A stretch of DNA of 39,126 bases from an uncultured Acidimicrobiia bacterium (GTDB lineage: Bacteria; Actinomycetota; Acidimicrobiia; Spongiisociales; JAOTWH01), in contig CAYFYE010000010.1 in NCBI GenBank assembly GCA_964347285.1, forward strand, positions 1-39,126. Direction: 5' to 3'. The position numbers were made by a program, and so were the translations under genes. Shown here piece after piece: positions 1-10,074 of the stretch (position 1 is the stretch's first letter; the number at the start of each line of letters is the position of its first letter). Below the pieces are notes generated by a model that saw nothing but the letters and a program-made list of their open reading frames with translations, ran no database searches and was not told the DNA's origin.

Positions 1-560
1 AGATCGAAGGCGGCGATGAACTTCTTGAGGTTGAGCGGCTCGGTGCGAGTGGACACGTGCTCGGCGGACACAACCGTGCCCTGGATCACCAGGATGTCGA
101 GTCCGGCCTCCTCGGTGAGGCCGGCCAGCTCCTCCACGCGCTGGGGAGTGAGACTGGCTGCGGTGACGATGCCGGCCTCTCTCATCTCCTCGATGCGGCG
201 ACCGATCAGCTCCTTCTTGACCGGCTCCTGGTAGATCTCCTGCATGCGCCGGGTGGCCTTCTCCGCCGGCAGCGATGCGATCTCGGCGAATTGGGTTTCC
301 GGGTCCTCGTAGCGGGTCCAGAGGCCCTCGAGGTTGAGCACGGCCAGCCCGCCCAGCCGCCCGATCTCGATGGCGGTAGCCGGGCTGACCGCCGAGTCCA
401 TTGCTGCGGCCATCATCGGCAGCTCGAACCGGAAGGCATCGATCTCCCAGGACACATCGATGTCTCCGGGATCACGGGTCCGCCGCGAGGGCACGATGGC
501 GATGTCGTCGAAGCTCCAGGCCCGCCGGCCCGATTTGCCGATCCCGATGTCGTACTCCAC
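1..560 (-). CDS. guaB3: GuaB3-family IMP dehydrogenase-related protein (5' part; runs off window edge)
   Basis: Not in the ORF track. Manual translation from GTG at 560: MEYDIGIGKSGRRAWSFDDIAIVPSRRTRDP...LPMMAAAMDSAVSP...GGLAVLNLEGLWTRYEDP, the typical GuaB3 N-terminus. GGAGG SD at 566-570. Confidence 0.9.
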   Translation of the reverse strand, partial: MEYDIGIGKSGRRAWSFDDIAIVPSRRTRDPGDIDVSWEIDAFRFELPMMAAAMDSAVSPATAIEIGRLGGLAVLNLEGLWTRYEDPETQFAEIASLPAEKATRRMQEIYQEPVKKELIGRRIEEMREAGIVTAASLTPQRVEELAGLTEEAGLDILVIQGTVVSAEHVSTRTEPLNLKKFIAAFD

Positions 561-590
561 CCGATCCTCCTGCCCCGCCGCCGAGCGCTC

Positions 591-599
591 AGCGTAACA
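591..599 (-). promoter_or_regulatory. Extended -10 promoter (TGnTACGCT) for guaB3
   Basis: TGT-TACGCT on the minus strand in the trpS-guaB3 gap; matches the TANNNT housekeeping sigma consensus. Confidence 0.5.
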
Positions 600-608
600 G
601 GGCGCCGT

Positions 609-1589
609 TCAGCGACTCAGCCCGACCCTGGTGCGGACCGAAGTCATCGTCTCGGCGGCAATTGCCTCGGCCCGCTCGGCCCCCTCCGCCAAGATCCGGG
701 CGGTTTCGGCTTGGCTCGAAGAGTGGTACCGATCCCGCACGGGGGCCAGCCCCTCGACCACGGCTTCGGCGGCCGCCTCTTTCAATTGGGCATATCCGGC
801 GCCTCGAAAATCGCTTTCCAGTGCGTCCACGCCGGTACCGGTGAACAGCGACACGATCTCGAGCAGGTTGGAAACGCCCGGCTTGTGTTCCCAGTCGTAG
901 CGCACCTCGGTTTCGGAGTCGGTGACCGCCCGGGCCAGCTTGCGACGCACCAGTTCGGGCTCATCCAGGAGGTTGATCCGGGAATTCTCGTTGGGGTCGG
1001 ACTTGGCCATCTTGGCCGTCGGTTCCAGCAGCGACATCACCCGGGCTCCGGCTTCGGGAATGATCGGCTCGGGTATGGGAAACTCGTCGCCGAAGCGGTT
1101 GTTGAAGCGCTCGGCGAGATCGCGGGTCATCTCCAGATGCTGCGTCTGGTCCTCGCCCACCGGTACGGCGTCGGCATGGAACAGCAAGATGTCGGCCGCC
1201 ATCAGCACCGGATACGAGAACAGTCCCAGCGTGGCCCCGAACTTGTCCGACTTCTCCTTGTACTGAGTCATGCGGTTGAGCACGCCCATCGGGGTCATCG
1301 TCCCCAGAATCCAGGCCAGCTCGGTGTGCTGGGGGACCTCGCTCTGGAGGTACAGCAGGGATCGGCCCGGGTCGATTCCCATGGCCAGGAGGAGCCGGCC
1401 GGTCTCCAGCCGGCTGACGGCCAGCTCGCTGGGGTCGACCATCTCGGTGAGGGCATGCAGGTCGACGATGCAGTAGACGGTGTCGAAGTCGTCCTGGAGG
1501 CGCACCCAGTTGCGGAACGCTCCGAGGTAGTTGCCGATGTGCAGCCCTCCGGTGGGCTGAGCACCGGAGAAGACCTTCTTGCGGGCCAT
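609..1589 (-). CDS. trpS: Tryptophan--tRNA ligase
   Basis: FSGAQPTGGLHIGNYLGA (HIGH), YPVLMAADIL, VPVGEDQTQHLE, KMAKS (KMSKS variant). Start moved to ATG 1589 (MARKKVFSG). Confidence 0.97.
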   Translation of the reverse strand: MARKKVFSGAQPTGGLHIGNYLGAFRNWVRLQDDFDTVYCIVDLHALTEMVDPSELAVSRLETGRLLLAMGIDPGRSLLYLQSEVPQHTELAWILGTMTPMGVLNRMTQYKEKSDKFGATLGLFSYPVLMAADILLFHADAVPVGEDQTQHLEMTRDLAERFNNRFGDEFPIPEPIIPEAGARVMSLLEPTAKMAKSDPNENSRINLLDEPELVRRKLARAVTDSETEVRYDWEHKPGVSNLLEIVSLFTGTGVDALESDFRGAGYAQLKEAAAEAVVEGLAPVRDRYHSSSQAETARILAEGAERAEAIAAETMTSVRTRVGLSR

Positions 1590-1671
1590 GACGACCGGGC
1601 AGCGTAGCACTGGGCCCGACGACAACCGCGATCCGGCCCGGCAAGACCGGATGGTATGCCACCATTGCCCC

Positions 1672-2766
1672 ATGGACGTTCCCCCGCCCGACCTCGACGA
1701 AGCCCGCCGCCTGGTGGCAGCCCATGAACTCGTTGCCGAGGCCTCGCGGCATCTCACCGACGAGGTGGCGATGAACCTCCCCTTCCATGCCCTCGTTTCG
1801 TTCAAGAACTACCTGAAGCGCTTCTTCTCGGCGGCTCCCTGGTCCCCCGATGATGCCGACCGCCTATCCGATCTGGTCACCGAGCACGTGACCGCCCACG
1901 GGTGGTGGGAGCACGACCTCGGGGAGGGACTGGTTCTGGCCCACGGGTTCAGGGAGGGTTGCTACGTCCTGTGGGTCGCCGGAGGCCAAGGGAGCGCCGG
2001 CTCCGTCTTCGACCGGGCGTTCGCCGGACCCGTGCTTCCCGAGCCGACACCGCACCCGCGCAAGGTCAAGTTCAACCTGGGAGGGTCGACGGCGCCGGGA
2101 CGGTGGTATCGGCGTGACGACGACGTCGACAACGAGGGGGCCAGAGCCCTCTTGGACGAAGACGACGTGACCGATGTCATGGTGGCCGGTGACTTCGTCA
2201 CGGTCGGCCTGGCCCGTACCTCCAGCTGGGAGGATCGCCTCGATGAGATTCTCGAGCGGGTCACCGAGTTGTTCTGGAAGCCGGGCACGGCCGAATCGGA
2301 GCCGCCGGTCCGGACCCGCGATCAGCTGGTGGGCGAAGGGCTCCGTACCGTGCGTCCCGAGGAGCTCCATCTGCTCGACCCCAACGACCCCGCTCATCGC
2401 GTCGACCTCGAGTCGGCGCTTCGCCACCCGGAAGCCGAGATCCGACGGGTCGCCCTGGCCACCCTGGCCCAGGCCGACGACGCCGCCTTCGTGGCTCGGC
2501 TGTTGGACGGCGCCTACGAGGACGACCATCGAATCGTGCGAAGGATGGCCGTCGACGCTGCCGCCGACCTCGAAGACGAATCGATGCGCCCGCTCTTCGA
2601 GCGAGCCCTGGGTGACGCCGATCAGTGGACGAGATGGAAGGCGGTCCGGGGTCTGCGCGAGATCGGAATCGCTTCCAGCCGGGCCGCCGTGAGTGCCCTG
2701 GGCGAGGATCCCGACTTCCAGGTCCGCTTCGAGGTTGCGGCCGCTCTCCACGAGGACGAGGGCTAG
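1672..2766 (+). CDS. NifU/Nfu N-terminal domain + HEAT-repeat protein (CvfC/YpgR-like) with an extra N-terminal domain
   Basis: PEPTPHPRKVKF...DVTDVMVAGDFVTV...SWEDRL resembles Nfu_N. C-terminal HEAT/PBS repeats (EIRRVALATL, IVRRMAVDAA, WTRWKAVRGL, QVRFEVAAAL). Confidence 0.7.
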   Translation: MDVPPPDLDEARRLVAAHELVAEASRHLTDEVAMNLPFHALVSFKNYLKRFFSAAPWSPDDADRLSDLVTEHVTAHGWWEHDLGEGLVLAHGFREGCYVLWVAGGQGSAGSVFDRAFAGPVLPEPTPHPRKVKFNLGGSTAPGRWYRRDDDVDNEGARALLDEDDVTDVMVAGDFVTVGLARTSSWEDRLDEILERVTELFWKPGTAESEPPVRTRDQLVGEGLRTVRPEELHLLDPNDPAHRVDLESALRHPEAEIRRVALATLAQADDAAFVARLLDGAYEDDHRIVRRMAVDAAADLEDESMRPLFERALGDADQWTRWKAVRGLREIGIASSRAAVSALGEDPDFQVRFEVAAALHEDEG

Positions 2767-2810
2767 CGTTCTCGCCCATGGTTCCGCTTGCCCGCCCCCG
2801 GGAGTGAGGC

Positions 2811-4124
2811 GTGGCCACTACATCCCGCCCTCCCCGCACTGCGGTCCTCGTGCGATGGCGCCGGAACCTCTTCCTGGCCCTGGTGGCAGTGCTGCCGCTG
2901 CACACGGTGTTCCTGTCGGCTTGGGTGTCGTGGAAGCCCTACCTGATGCTGGTGGTGGTACTGGGCGCCTGGGACGCCGTGGACGGTCGGAGGGAGCGGC
3001 GCTGGCCCTGGCACGTCCCGGCCTCGATCGGCTTGGTCGTGTTCCTGGCCGCTGCGCTGGCGAGCTGGCCCGGTTCCGATTTCGCCTCCCGATTCTCACG
3101 TCTCCTTCTGGCCCTGGGCGTCGGAGGCGCGGTGATGCTGGTGACGGAACGCTCGATGCGGACCCCCGGCATGGAGGAACGCACGCTGCGCGTGGTGTTC
3201 TGGTCGGGAGCGGCGATGGGCATCAGCGCGGTGATCCTCGGCCTCCTGGCGGCGGGGACGTTCGGCCTCGGCGCCATCGACGCGGTCAACGACCTTCCGG
3301 GCCTGGCCCGGGTCACCAAGGCCGCCTACCTGCAGGAAGGATTCCTGGCGCTCACCAACTGGCACCAGGATCCCGGCTACGCCGCCGCCTGGACGAACCT
3401 GTGGGCAGCACTGGTACTGGTCGCTTCGGTCCGCGGCCTGGGCTCGGGCCGGCCCTGGCTCGATGCGGCCGTGCTGGGAGGCTTGGGGCTGGGAACCGTG
3501 CTCACCTTCAGCCGAACCGGATGGGTCGGTCTGGTGGTCGGCCTGGCCCTGAGCGCATGGCTCCTCGTTCGTCGCCGTTGGACGACGTGGCGGCAGATCG
3601 CCGCCCTTCTGGGCGGAGGAGCATTGGCAACCCTCCTATTGCTCGGCCTGGTGTGGGGGCTCGACCGGCGCGACGTCGGTAACGACATCGGCGACGCCCT
3701 GGCCTTCCGGCTCGATCAGCGCCTGAGCCTGGGGCCGGGCACCGGTCCCGAGGGCGAAGAGGGCCCGTTCACCCTCATCGACTACCGGGGCGAGGTTTGG
3801 CCCGAATACGTCGACCTCTTCCGGGAAGATCCGCTACGCGGCGCCGGACTGGGAGTCGGATGGCAGACCGAGGGCCTCCAGGAGCCCCACAACCTCCTCC
3901 TGGAGCTCATCGGGGAGATGGGCCTCGTCGGACTGACCGGTTTCGCGGTCCTCATCGGGGCGGTCCTGATCACCGGAGGCGGCGTGGTGGGCACGGTGGC
4001 CCTGGTCGTGTCACTCCTGGCGGCGATCACCCAGACCGTCCTTTTCGAGCCGACGTGGTGGTTCGCCGCCGGCCTCTTCCTGGCCGGTGGGTCGCATAGA
4101 GGAGCCGACCCGGGTGAGTACTAG
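2811..4124 (+). CDS. O-antigen ligase (Wzy_C) family membrane protein
   Basis: Many TM segments; TFSRTGWVGL, R-x-EVW...DPLRGAGLG and EPHNLLLELIGEMGLVG motifs; GGAG/GAGG before GTG. Confidence 0.8.
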   Translation: MATTSRPPRTAVLVRWRRNLFLALVAVLPLHTVFLSAWVSWKPYLMLVVVLGAWDAVDGRRERRWPWHVPASIGLVVFLAAALASWPGSDFASRFSRLLLALGVGGAVMLVTERSMRTPGMEERTLRVVFWSGAAMGISAVILGLLAAGTFGLGAIDAVNDLPGLARVTKAAYLQEGFLALTNWHQDPGYAAAWTNLWAALVLVASVRGLGSGRPWLDAAVLGGLGLGTVLTFSRTGWVGLVVGLALSAWLLVRRRWTTWRQIAALLGGGALATLLLLGLVWGLDRRDVGNDIGDALAFRLDQRLSLGPGTGPEGEEGPFTLIDYRGEVWPEYVDLFREDPLRGAGLGVGWQTEGLQEPHNLLLELIGEMGLVGLTGFAVLIGAVLITGGGVVGTVALVVSLLAAITQTVLFEPTWWFAAGLFLAGGSHRGADPGEY

Positions 4125-4134
4125 CGTCTCACCG

Positions 4135-5562
4135 ATGAGCCACCACATGACTCCCGACGAGTTTCGACGGCGAGGCCGCCAGGTCATCGACTGGATCGCC
4201 GACTACATGGAACACGTCGAGGATTATCCGGTGCTTTCTCAGGTGGCTCCTGGGGAGGTGCGGGCCCGGCTGCCGGAGCACCCGCCCGAGGACGGAGAGC
4301 CGTGGGATCACATCCTGGCCGACGTCGACGACGTCATCTTGCCCGGTATCACCCATTGGCAGTCCCCCAACTTCTTCGCCTACTTCAACTCCAACGCATC
4401 GGCTCCGTCGATTCTGGGCGAGCTGATGGCGGCCGGACTGGGAACGCAGGGCATGTTGTGGACCACCAGCCCGGCCGTCACCGAGCTGGAGATGGTCGTG
4501 CTCGACTGGCTGGCCGAGATGCTCGACCTGCCGAAGCAGTTCCGATTCGGCTCGACCGGGGGCGCCGTCATCCAGGACACCGCCTCCACTTCGGTGCTGG
4601 TCGCCATCCTGGCGGCCCGGGAGCGGGCCACCGACTACACGTCCAACGATTCCGGGCCCGACCCGCGGCTGGTCGCCTATGCATCGACCGAGGCCCACTC
4701 CTCGGTCGAGAAGGGGATCCGCATTGCCGGCGTCGGCTCGAATCGCCTGCGCCGGATCGACGTCGACGGCGAGTCGGCGATGCGGCCCGACGTCCTGGAG
4801 GAGGCGATACGACGGGACCTGACCGAGGGCCTGGTTCCGGGCTTCGTCAACGCCACAGTGGGCACCACGTCATCGATGGCGATGGACCCGGTAGCCGATA
4901 TCGGAGAGGTGGCTCGGCGGTACGGCCTCTGGTACCACGTCGACGCCGCCTGGGCGGGCACCGCGGCGATTTGCCCCGAGTTCCGTGGACTTCAGTCCGG
5001 CCTGGATACGGCGGACAGCTACTGCTTCAACCCCCACAAGTGGCTATTCACCAACGTCGACTGCTCCTGCCTCTACGTGGCCGACCGGAGCCGGCTCATC
5101 CGTGCCTTGACGGTCATGCCCGAGTACTTGCGGACCGCCGCTTCCGAGGCCGGCGAGGTGATCGACTACCGGCACTGGCAGATCGCCCTGGGACGGCGTT
5201 TTCGCGCCCTCAAGTTGTGGTTCGTCATCCGCCACTACGGGGTGGAGGGGCTTCGCCATCACATCCGCGAGCACGTGCGGATCTCCGGCGACTTCGCCGC
5301 GCTGGTGGACGCCGACGCGCGCTTCGAGATCGCCGCTCCCCCCCGCCTCACCCTGGTGTGCTTCCGGCACCGCGACGGCGACGAGGTCAACCAGGCCATC
5401 ATGGATCGTCTCAATGCTTCCGGGGAGCTCTACCTCACCCACACCCGGCTCGACGGGCTCCTGACCCTGCGCATGTCCATGGGCGGCATGTACACCGAGG
5501 AGCGACACGTGCGCCGGGCCTGGAAGCTGATCACGGAGACGGCCCGGGCAGTGGAGTCGTAG
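4135..5562 (+). CDS. PLP-dependent group II aromatic-L-amino-acid decarboxylase (DDC/TDC-like)
   Basis: MTPDEFRRRGRQVIDWIADY, PGITHWQSPNFFAYF, AHSSVEK, HVDAAWAG, FNPHKW (PLP Lys), PEYL, WQIALGRRFRALKLW. Confidence 0.93.
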   Translation: MSHHMTPDEFRRRGRQVIDWIADYMEHVEDYPVLSQVAPGEVRARLPEHPPEDGEPWDHILADVDDVILPGITHWQSPNFFAYFNSNASAPSILGELMAAGLGTQGMLWTTSPAVTELEMVVLDWLAEMLDLPKQFRFGSTGGAVIQDTASTSVLVAILAARERATDYTSNDSGPDPRLVAYASTEAHSSVEKGIRIAGVGSNRLRRIDVDGESAMRPDVLEEAIRRDLTEGLVPGFVNATVGTTSSMAMDPVADIGEVARRYGLWYHVDAAWAGTAAICPEFRGLQSGLDTADSYCFNPHKWLFTNVDCSCLYVADRSRLIRALTVMPEYLRTAASEAGEVIDYRHWQIALGRRFRALKLWFVIRHYGVEGLRHHIREHVRISGDFAALVDADARFEIAAPPRLTLVCFRHRDGDEVNQAIMDRLNASGELYLTHTRLDGLLTLRMSMGGMYTEERHVRRAWKLITETARAVES

Positions 5563-5842
5563 CAGCCACCGCCCGATCCGCTTCACCCTCGGGATCCGCA
5601 GGGCTTCGGCACGTAGGTACACCTCGGACGACTGCTCGGGTGACCGAACCACCAAGGCCGATGCCGATGACCCGCGTCTCCTCGACACCTCGCATGCCTG
5701 CCCGGGTCGAATGTGCGCCCCGCCGGCTCAGGCCCGGTGTCCCGCACCAGATCGACGATGAGGGCCGCCTCGACCACACCTGTGCGGTCCGGGCCGCGAC
5801 GGATGGCGGGCTAGCTTTGGCACCGGGTAACTGGAGAGCGAC

Positions 5843-6196
5843 ATGGCCGAGAGTTCATTCATCTTCTTGTCGCAAGAAAACGTGATCGAAAGCGGCGGGC
5901 TCGACATGCGCAAGGCCATGGCCGACGTCGAGGAGGTCCTCGTCATGCGTCACCGCGGGGAGTGCATCGTGCCCCACAAGGTGGTGCTGAGGAAGGGCAC
6001 GCAGGAGGAAGAGAGCGTCAGCGGCAGGATCAACGCATTGCCCGGCTATCTCGGCGGGGACAGGGATATCGCCGGTGTCAAGTGGGTGGCGAGCTTCGTC
6101 GACAACCCGGTTATGAAGCTCCGGGGCGACACAGGCCGGCTCCGTCGAGCACGCAACAGTTGCCAAGATATCGCCTCCTGGAAGCAGCCTCCGTAG
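5843..6196 (+). pseudogene. Truncated ornithine cyclodeaminase/mu-crystallin (SbnB-like) N-terminal fragment
   Basis: FLSQENV...GRINALPGYLGG..IAGVKWVASFVDNP matches the family N-terminus. Similarity stops after about 90 aa and the NAD-binding domain is absent. GGAGAG SD still present. Confidence 0.75.
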
Positions 6197-6201
6197 TTTC
6201 G

Positions 6202-6756
6202 ATGACGCTCTTTGCCTCAGCTCGAGAACAGCGACTCTGGCTGTGGGCGTTGGCCGTGGTGGCGGCGATCTACTCCACGCTCGGCCTGGCCCGGGTGCTG
6301 GCTGGGGAGCTGCGGGACCGAGAACTCATCGACGCCTCCTTCGTCCTCGGTCTGATTCTGATCGGGGTGGCAATAGTGGCCCTCGCGTTCAAGACACGGC
6401 CGGGCGGATTCGAGATCGGCATCGCGCTTGGGGTGGCCGCCGTCTACCTGCTGGTGTTTCTCCGAATGGCGCTTCCGGAGGAGCGCTCCCACCTCATCGA
6501 ATACGGCGTGGTGGCCGTCTTCATCCACGAAGCGCTCAAGGAGCGAGCGAGCCAGAATCGCCGGGTCCCCGTACCCGCTCTGCTGGCCATCTCGTTGACG
6601 GCAGTGGTCGGGGTGCTCGACGAAGGCATCCAGCTCATACTGCCGAGCCGCGTCTTCGATCCCATCGACATGGGCTTCAACGCGCTCGCCGCACTGATGG
6701 CGATCGTGGCGAGTCTCGCTCTGTCCCGTGCACGACGCTGGAGGCAGGTTGGCTAG
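6202..6756 (+). CDS. VanZ-like family membrane protein
   Basis: EERSHLIEYG and GVLDEGIQLILPSRVFDPIDMGFN motifs; several TM helices; start at ATG 6202. Confidence 0.8.
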   Translation: MTLFASAREQRLWLWALAVVAAIYSTLGLARVLAGELRDRELIDASFVLGLILIGVAIVALAFKTRPGGFEIGIALGVAAVYLLVFLRMALPEERSHLIEYGVVAVFIHEALKERASQNRRVPVPALLAISLTAVVGVLDEGIQLILPSRVFDPIDMGFNALAALMAIVASLALSRARRWRQVG

Positions 6757-6834
6757 CGCCCGGTTGCAGGCGATCACCGCGGCGGGCTCTGCGGGGTGGG
6801 GTCGCCAACCGGCCGGCGACCGCGGTGTGGCCCC

Positions 6835-7371
6835 TCAGCGGAGGTAGCCGAGCAGATCGCGCACCATGTAGGCCGTCGCCCCCCACAGGGTGGCCTGGGG
6901 AAACTCGTAGAACCACAGGCGTCGACCGTAGAAGTCGCGATGCTGCCATCGGTCTTCTTCCAGGAGCTCGGCCACCCGGGGTTCCAGGATGGCGGCCACC
7001 TCGGCGTCATGGGGTGTCAGCTCGGCAGGCCGATCGATGCGGGCCACCACCGGAACGATGACCATGTCGATGTCGCGGGTGGTGACCGGTTCGAGGCCTC
7101 CCAGCACGTGCACCGACTCCGGAGGAATGCCGACCTCCTCCCAGGCCTCGCGCAGCGCCGTGGCCACCGGGTCTTCGTCTTCGTCGTCCATCATCCCCCC
7201 GGGAAAGACCACGTCGCCGGCGTGGCGGACCATGTGGTCGGGACGGACGGTGAGGATCAAACGGACCTCTCCGCGTTCGTCCTCATAGAGCGGTGCCAGC
7301 ACCGCAGCCCGCATGGCCTCCGGCTCGGGTACCCGGGGCAGCTCGGAAAGTCGTTCCCAGACGTCGATCAC
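6835..7371 (-). CDS. NUDIX CoA pyrophosphatase (NudL/PCD1-like)
   Basis: AAVLAPL, LTVRPDHMVRHAGDVVFPGG, ATALREAWEEVG Nudix box, LWGATA. Start GTG 7371 inferred from the upstream -10 box. Confidence 0.88.
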   Translation of the reverse strand: MIDVWERLSELPRVPEPEAMRAAVLAPLYEDERGEVRLILTVRPDHMVRHAGDVVFPGGMMDDEDEDPVATALREAWEEVGIPPESVHVLGGLEPVTTRDIDMVIVPVVARIDRPAELTPHDAEVAAILEPRVAELLEEDRWQHRDFYGRRLWFYEFPQATLWGATAYMVRDLLGYLR

Positions 7372-7402
7372 CTCAAAGATGCTAAGGCGATAGGCTGGCT
7401 GT
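7372..7402. promoter_or_regulatory. Divergent pair of probable leaderless promoters
   Basis: TAGCAT (minus, 7379-7384) 7 nt before GTG 7371; TAGGCT (plus, 7391-7396) 6 nt before GTG 7403; no SD for either gene. Confidence 0.55.
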
Positions 7403-8005
7403 GTGACCCAAGTGCTCCCTCCCCGTCGGCGCACTACACCCCGGCTCGTGCTGCGGCCGTTTCGCCGTCGCGACGCCGATCCGCTGCTCGAGGCGGTTCA
7501 GGCATCGCTACCCGAGCTGATCCGCTGGCTGCCCTGGGCACACCATGGCTACGGACGCAACGATGCCGTTGCCTTCATTCGGGAGTCGATGTCGGCTTGG
7601 CGGGAAGGGCGTGCTTTCGACTTCAGCATCCGGCGCGACGCCCGACCCGATCGTCACCTCGGCAACGTTTCCGTGTGGTTCACCGCCCGGGGCGGGCACG
7701 TGGGGGAGGTCGGCTACTGGATCCGGACCGACGAGACCGGCAAAGGCTTGTGCAGCCAAGCCACGGCCCGGGTACTCCAGATTGCCTACGAGGAACTGGC
7801 CATGCACAAGGTCGTGCTTCGTATCGCCATCGGCAACCTGGCCAGCGAACGCATCGCCGACAAGCTCGGCTTCGTCAGAGAGGGCCTCCTGCGCGAAGAG
7901 CTCCGGGTGAACGGCCAATGGATGGATCACACCTTGTGGAGCTTGCTGCGCGATGAGTTCCTCGGAGAGGTGGACCGCTACCGGGACCAGGGGTGGCTGG
8001 AGTAG
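7403..8005 (+). CDS. RimJ/RimL-family GNAT N-acetyltransferase
   Basis: TPRLVLRPF, GEVGYWI..TGKGL, NLASERIADKLGFVREGLLRE, GQWMDH. Confidence 0.88.
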   Translation: MTQVLPPRRRTTPRLVLRPFRRRDADPLLEAVQASLPELIRWLPWAHHGYGRNDAVAFIRESMSAWREGRAFDFSIRRDARPDRHLGNVSVWFTARGGHVGEVGYWIRTDETGKGLCSQATARVLQIAYEELAMHKVVLRIAIGNLASERIADKLGFVREGLLREELRVNGQWMDHTLWSLLRDEFLGEVDRYRDQGWLE

Positions 8006-8041
8006 GGGCGCACACGGTTCCCGGGACGTCAGGAAGGAAGA

Positions 8042-8065
8042 GGGGCGGCCCCGGCGGGCCGCCCC
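8042..8065. terminator. Probable intrinsic terminator between convergent GNAT and groEL
   Basis: Perfect 10-bp stem GGGGCGGCCC-cggc-GGGCCGCCCC; followed by TCTTCCTTCC on the minus strand and GTTCTC on the plus strand. Confidence 0.75.
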
Positions 8066-8090
8066 GTTCTCGATCGGCCGTGCCGATCGT

Positions 8091-9725
<1,635 letters not shown>

Positions 9726-9735
9726 CTACAACCTC

Positions 9736-10023
9736 CTACTTGAGCACGGCGAGGACATCGCGGGCCGAGAGGATGAGGTATTCCTCGCCCTCGAACTTGA
9801 CCTCGGTGCCGCCGAACTTCGAATACACGACCTGGTCGCCCACCTCGACGTCGAGCGGAATCCGCTCGCCGTCCTGGAACTCGCCGGGACCGACGGCCAG
9901 GACCTCACCGAGCTGAGGCTTCTCTTTGGCGGTATCGGGGATCACGAGCCCGCTCGGGGTCGTCTGATCACCCTCCTCCTTGGCCTTGACGACCACGCGG
10001 TCGCCCAAAGGCTGCAGCTTCAT
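9736..10023 (-). CDS. groS: Co-chaperonin GroES
   Basis: [46 protein letters not shown]. Confidence 0.99.
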   Translation of the reverse strand: MKLQPLGDRVVVKAKEEGDQTTPSGLVIPDTAKEKPQLGEVLAVGPGEFQDGERIPLDVEVGDQVVYSKFGGTEVKFEGEEYLILSARDVLAVLK

Positions 10024-10045
10024 CGGGTTCCCTCCTTGCTAGAAG

Positions 10046-10072
10046 CTGGCACTCTCATGCTACGAGTGCGAA
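10046..10072. promoter_or_regulatory. CIRCE element (HrcA operator), groES-proximal copy
   Basis: CTGGCACTC-N9-GAGTGCGAA versus consensus TTAGCACTC-N9-GAGTGCTAA. Confidence 0.85.
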
Positions 10073-10074
10073 AT

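Noticed and set aside
1000..1014. TrpRS KMAKS instead of KMSKS as a sign of altered function
   Set aside because: Both lysines are retained and other motifs are canonical; a conservative variant.
57..1607. 516-aa plus-strand ORF and many similar long ORFs (e.g. 4302-5885, 7953-9026, 28077-29183)
   Set aside because: Shadow frames overlapping well-identified genes; expected at high GC; no recognisable motifs.
1590..1671. T-box or Trp attenuator upstream of trpS
   Set aside because: Only 82 nt shared with a divergent gene; no T-box motif or Trp-codon leader peptide.
2805..2807. Selenocysteine read-through at the in-frame TGA
   Set aside because: No recognisable SECIS-like hairpin and no redox-motif context.
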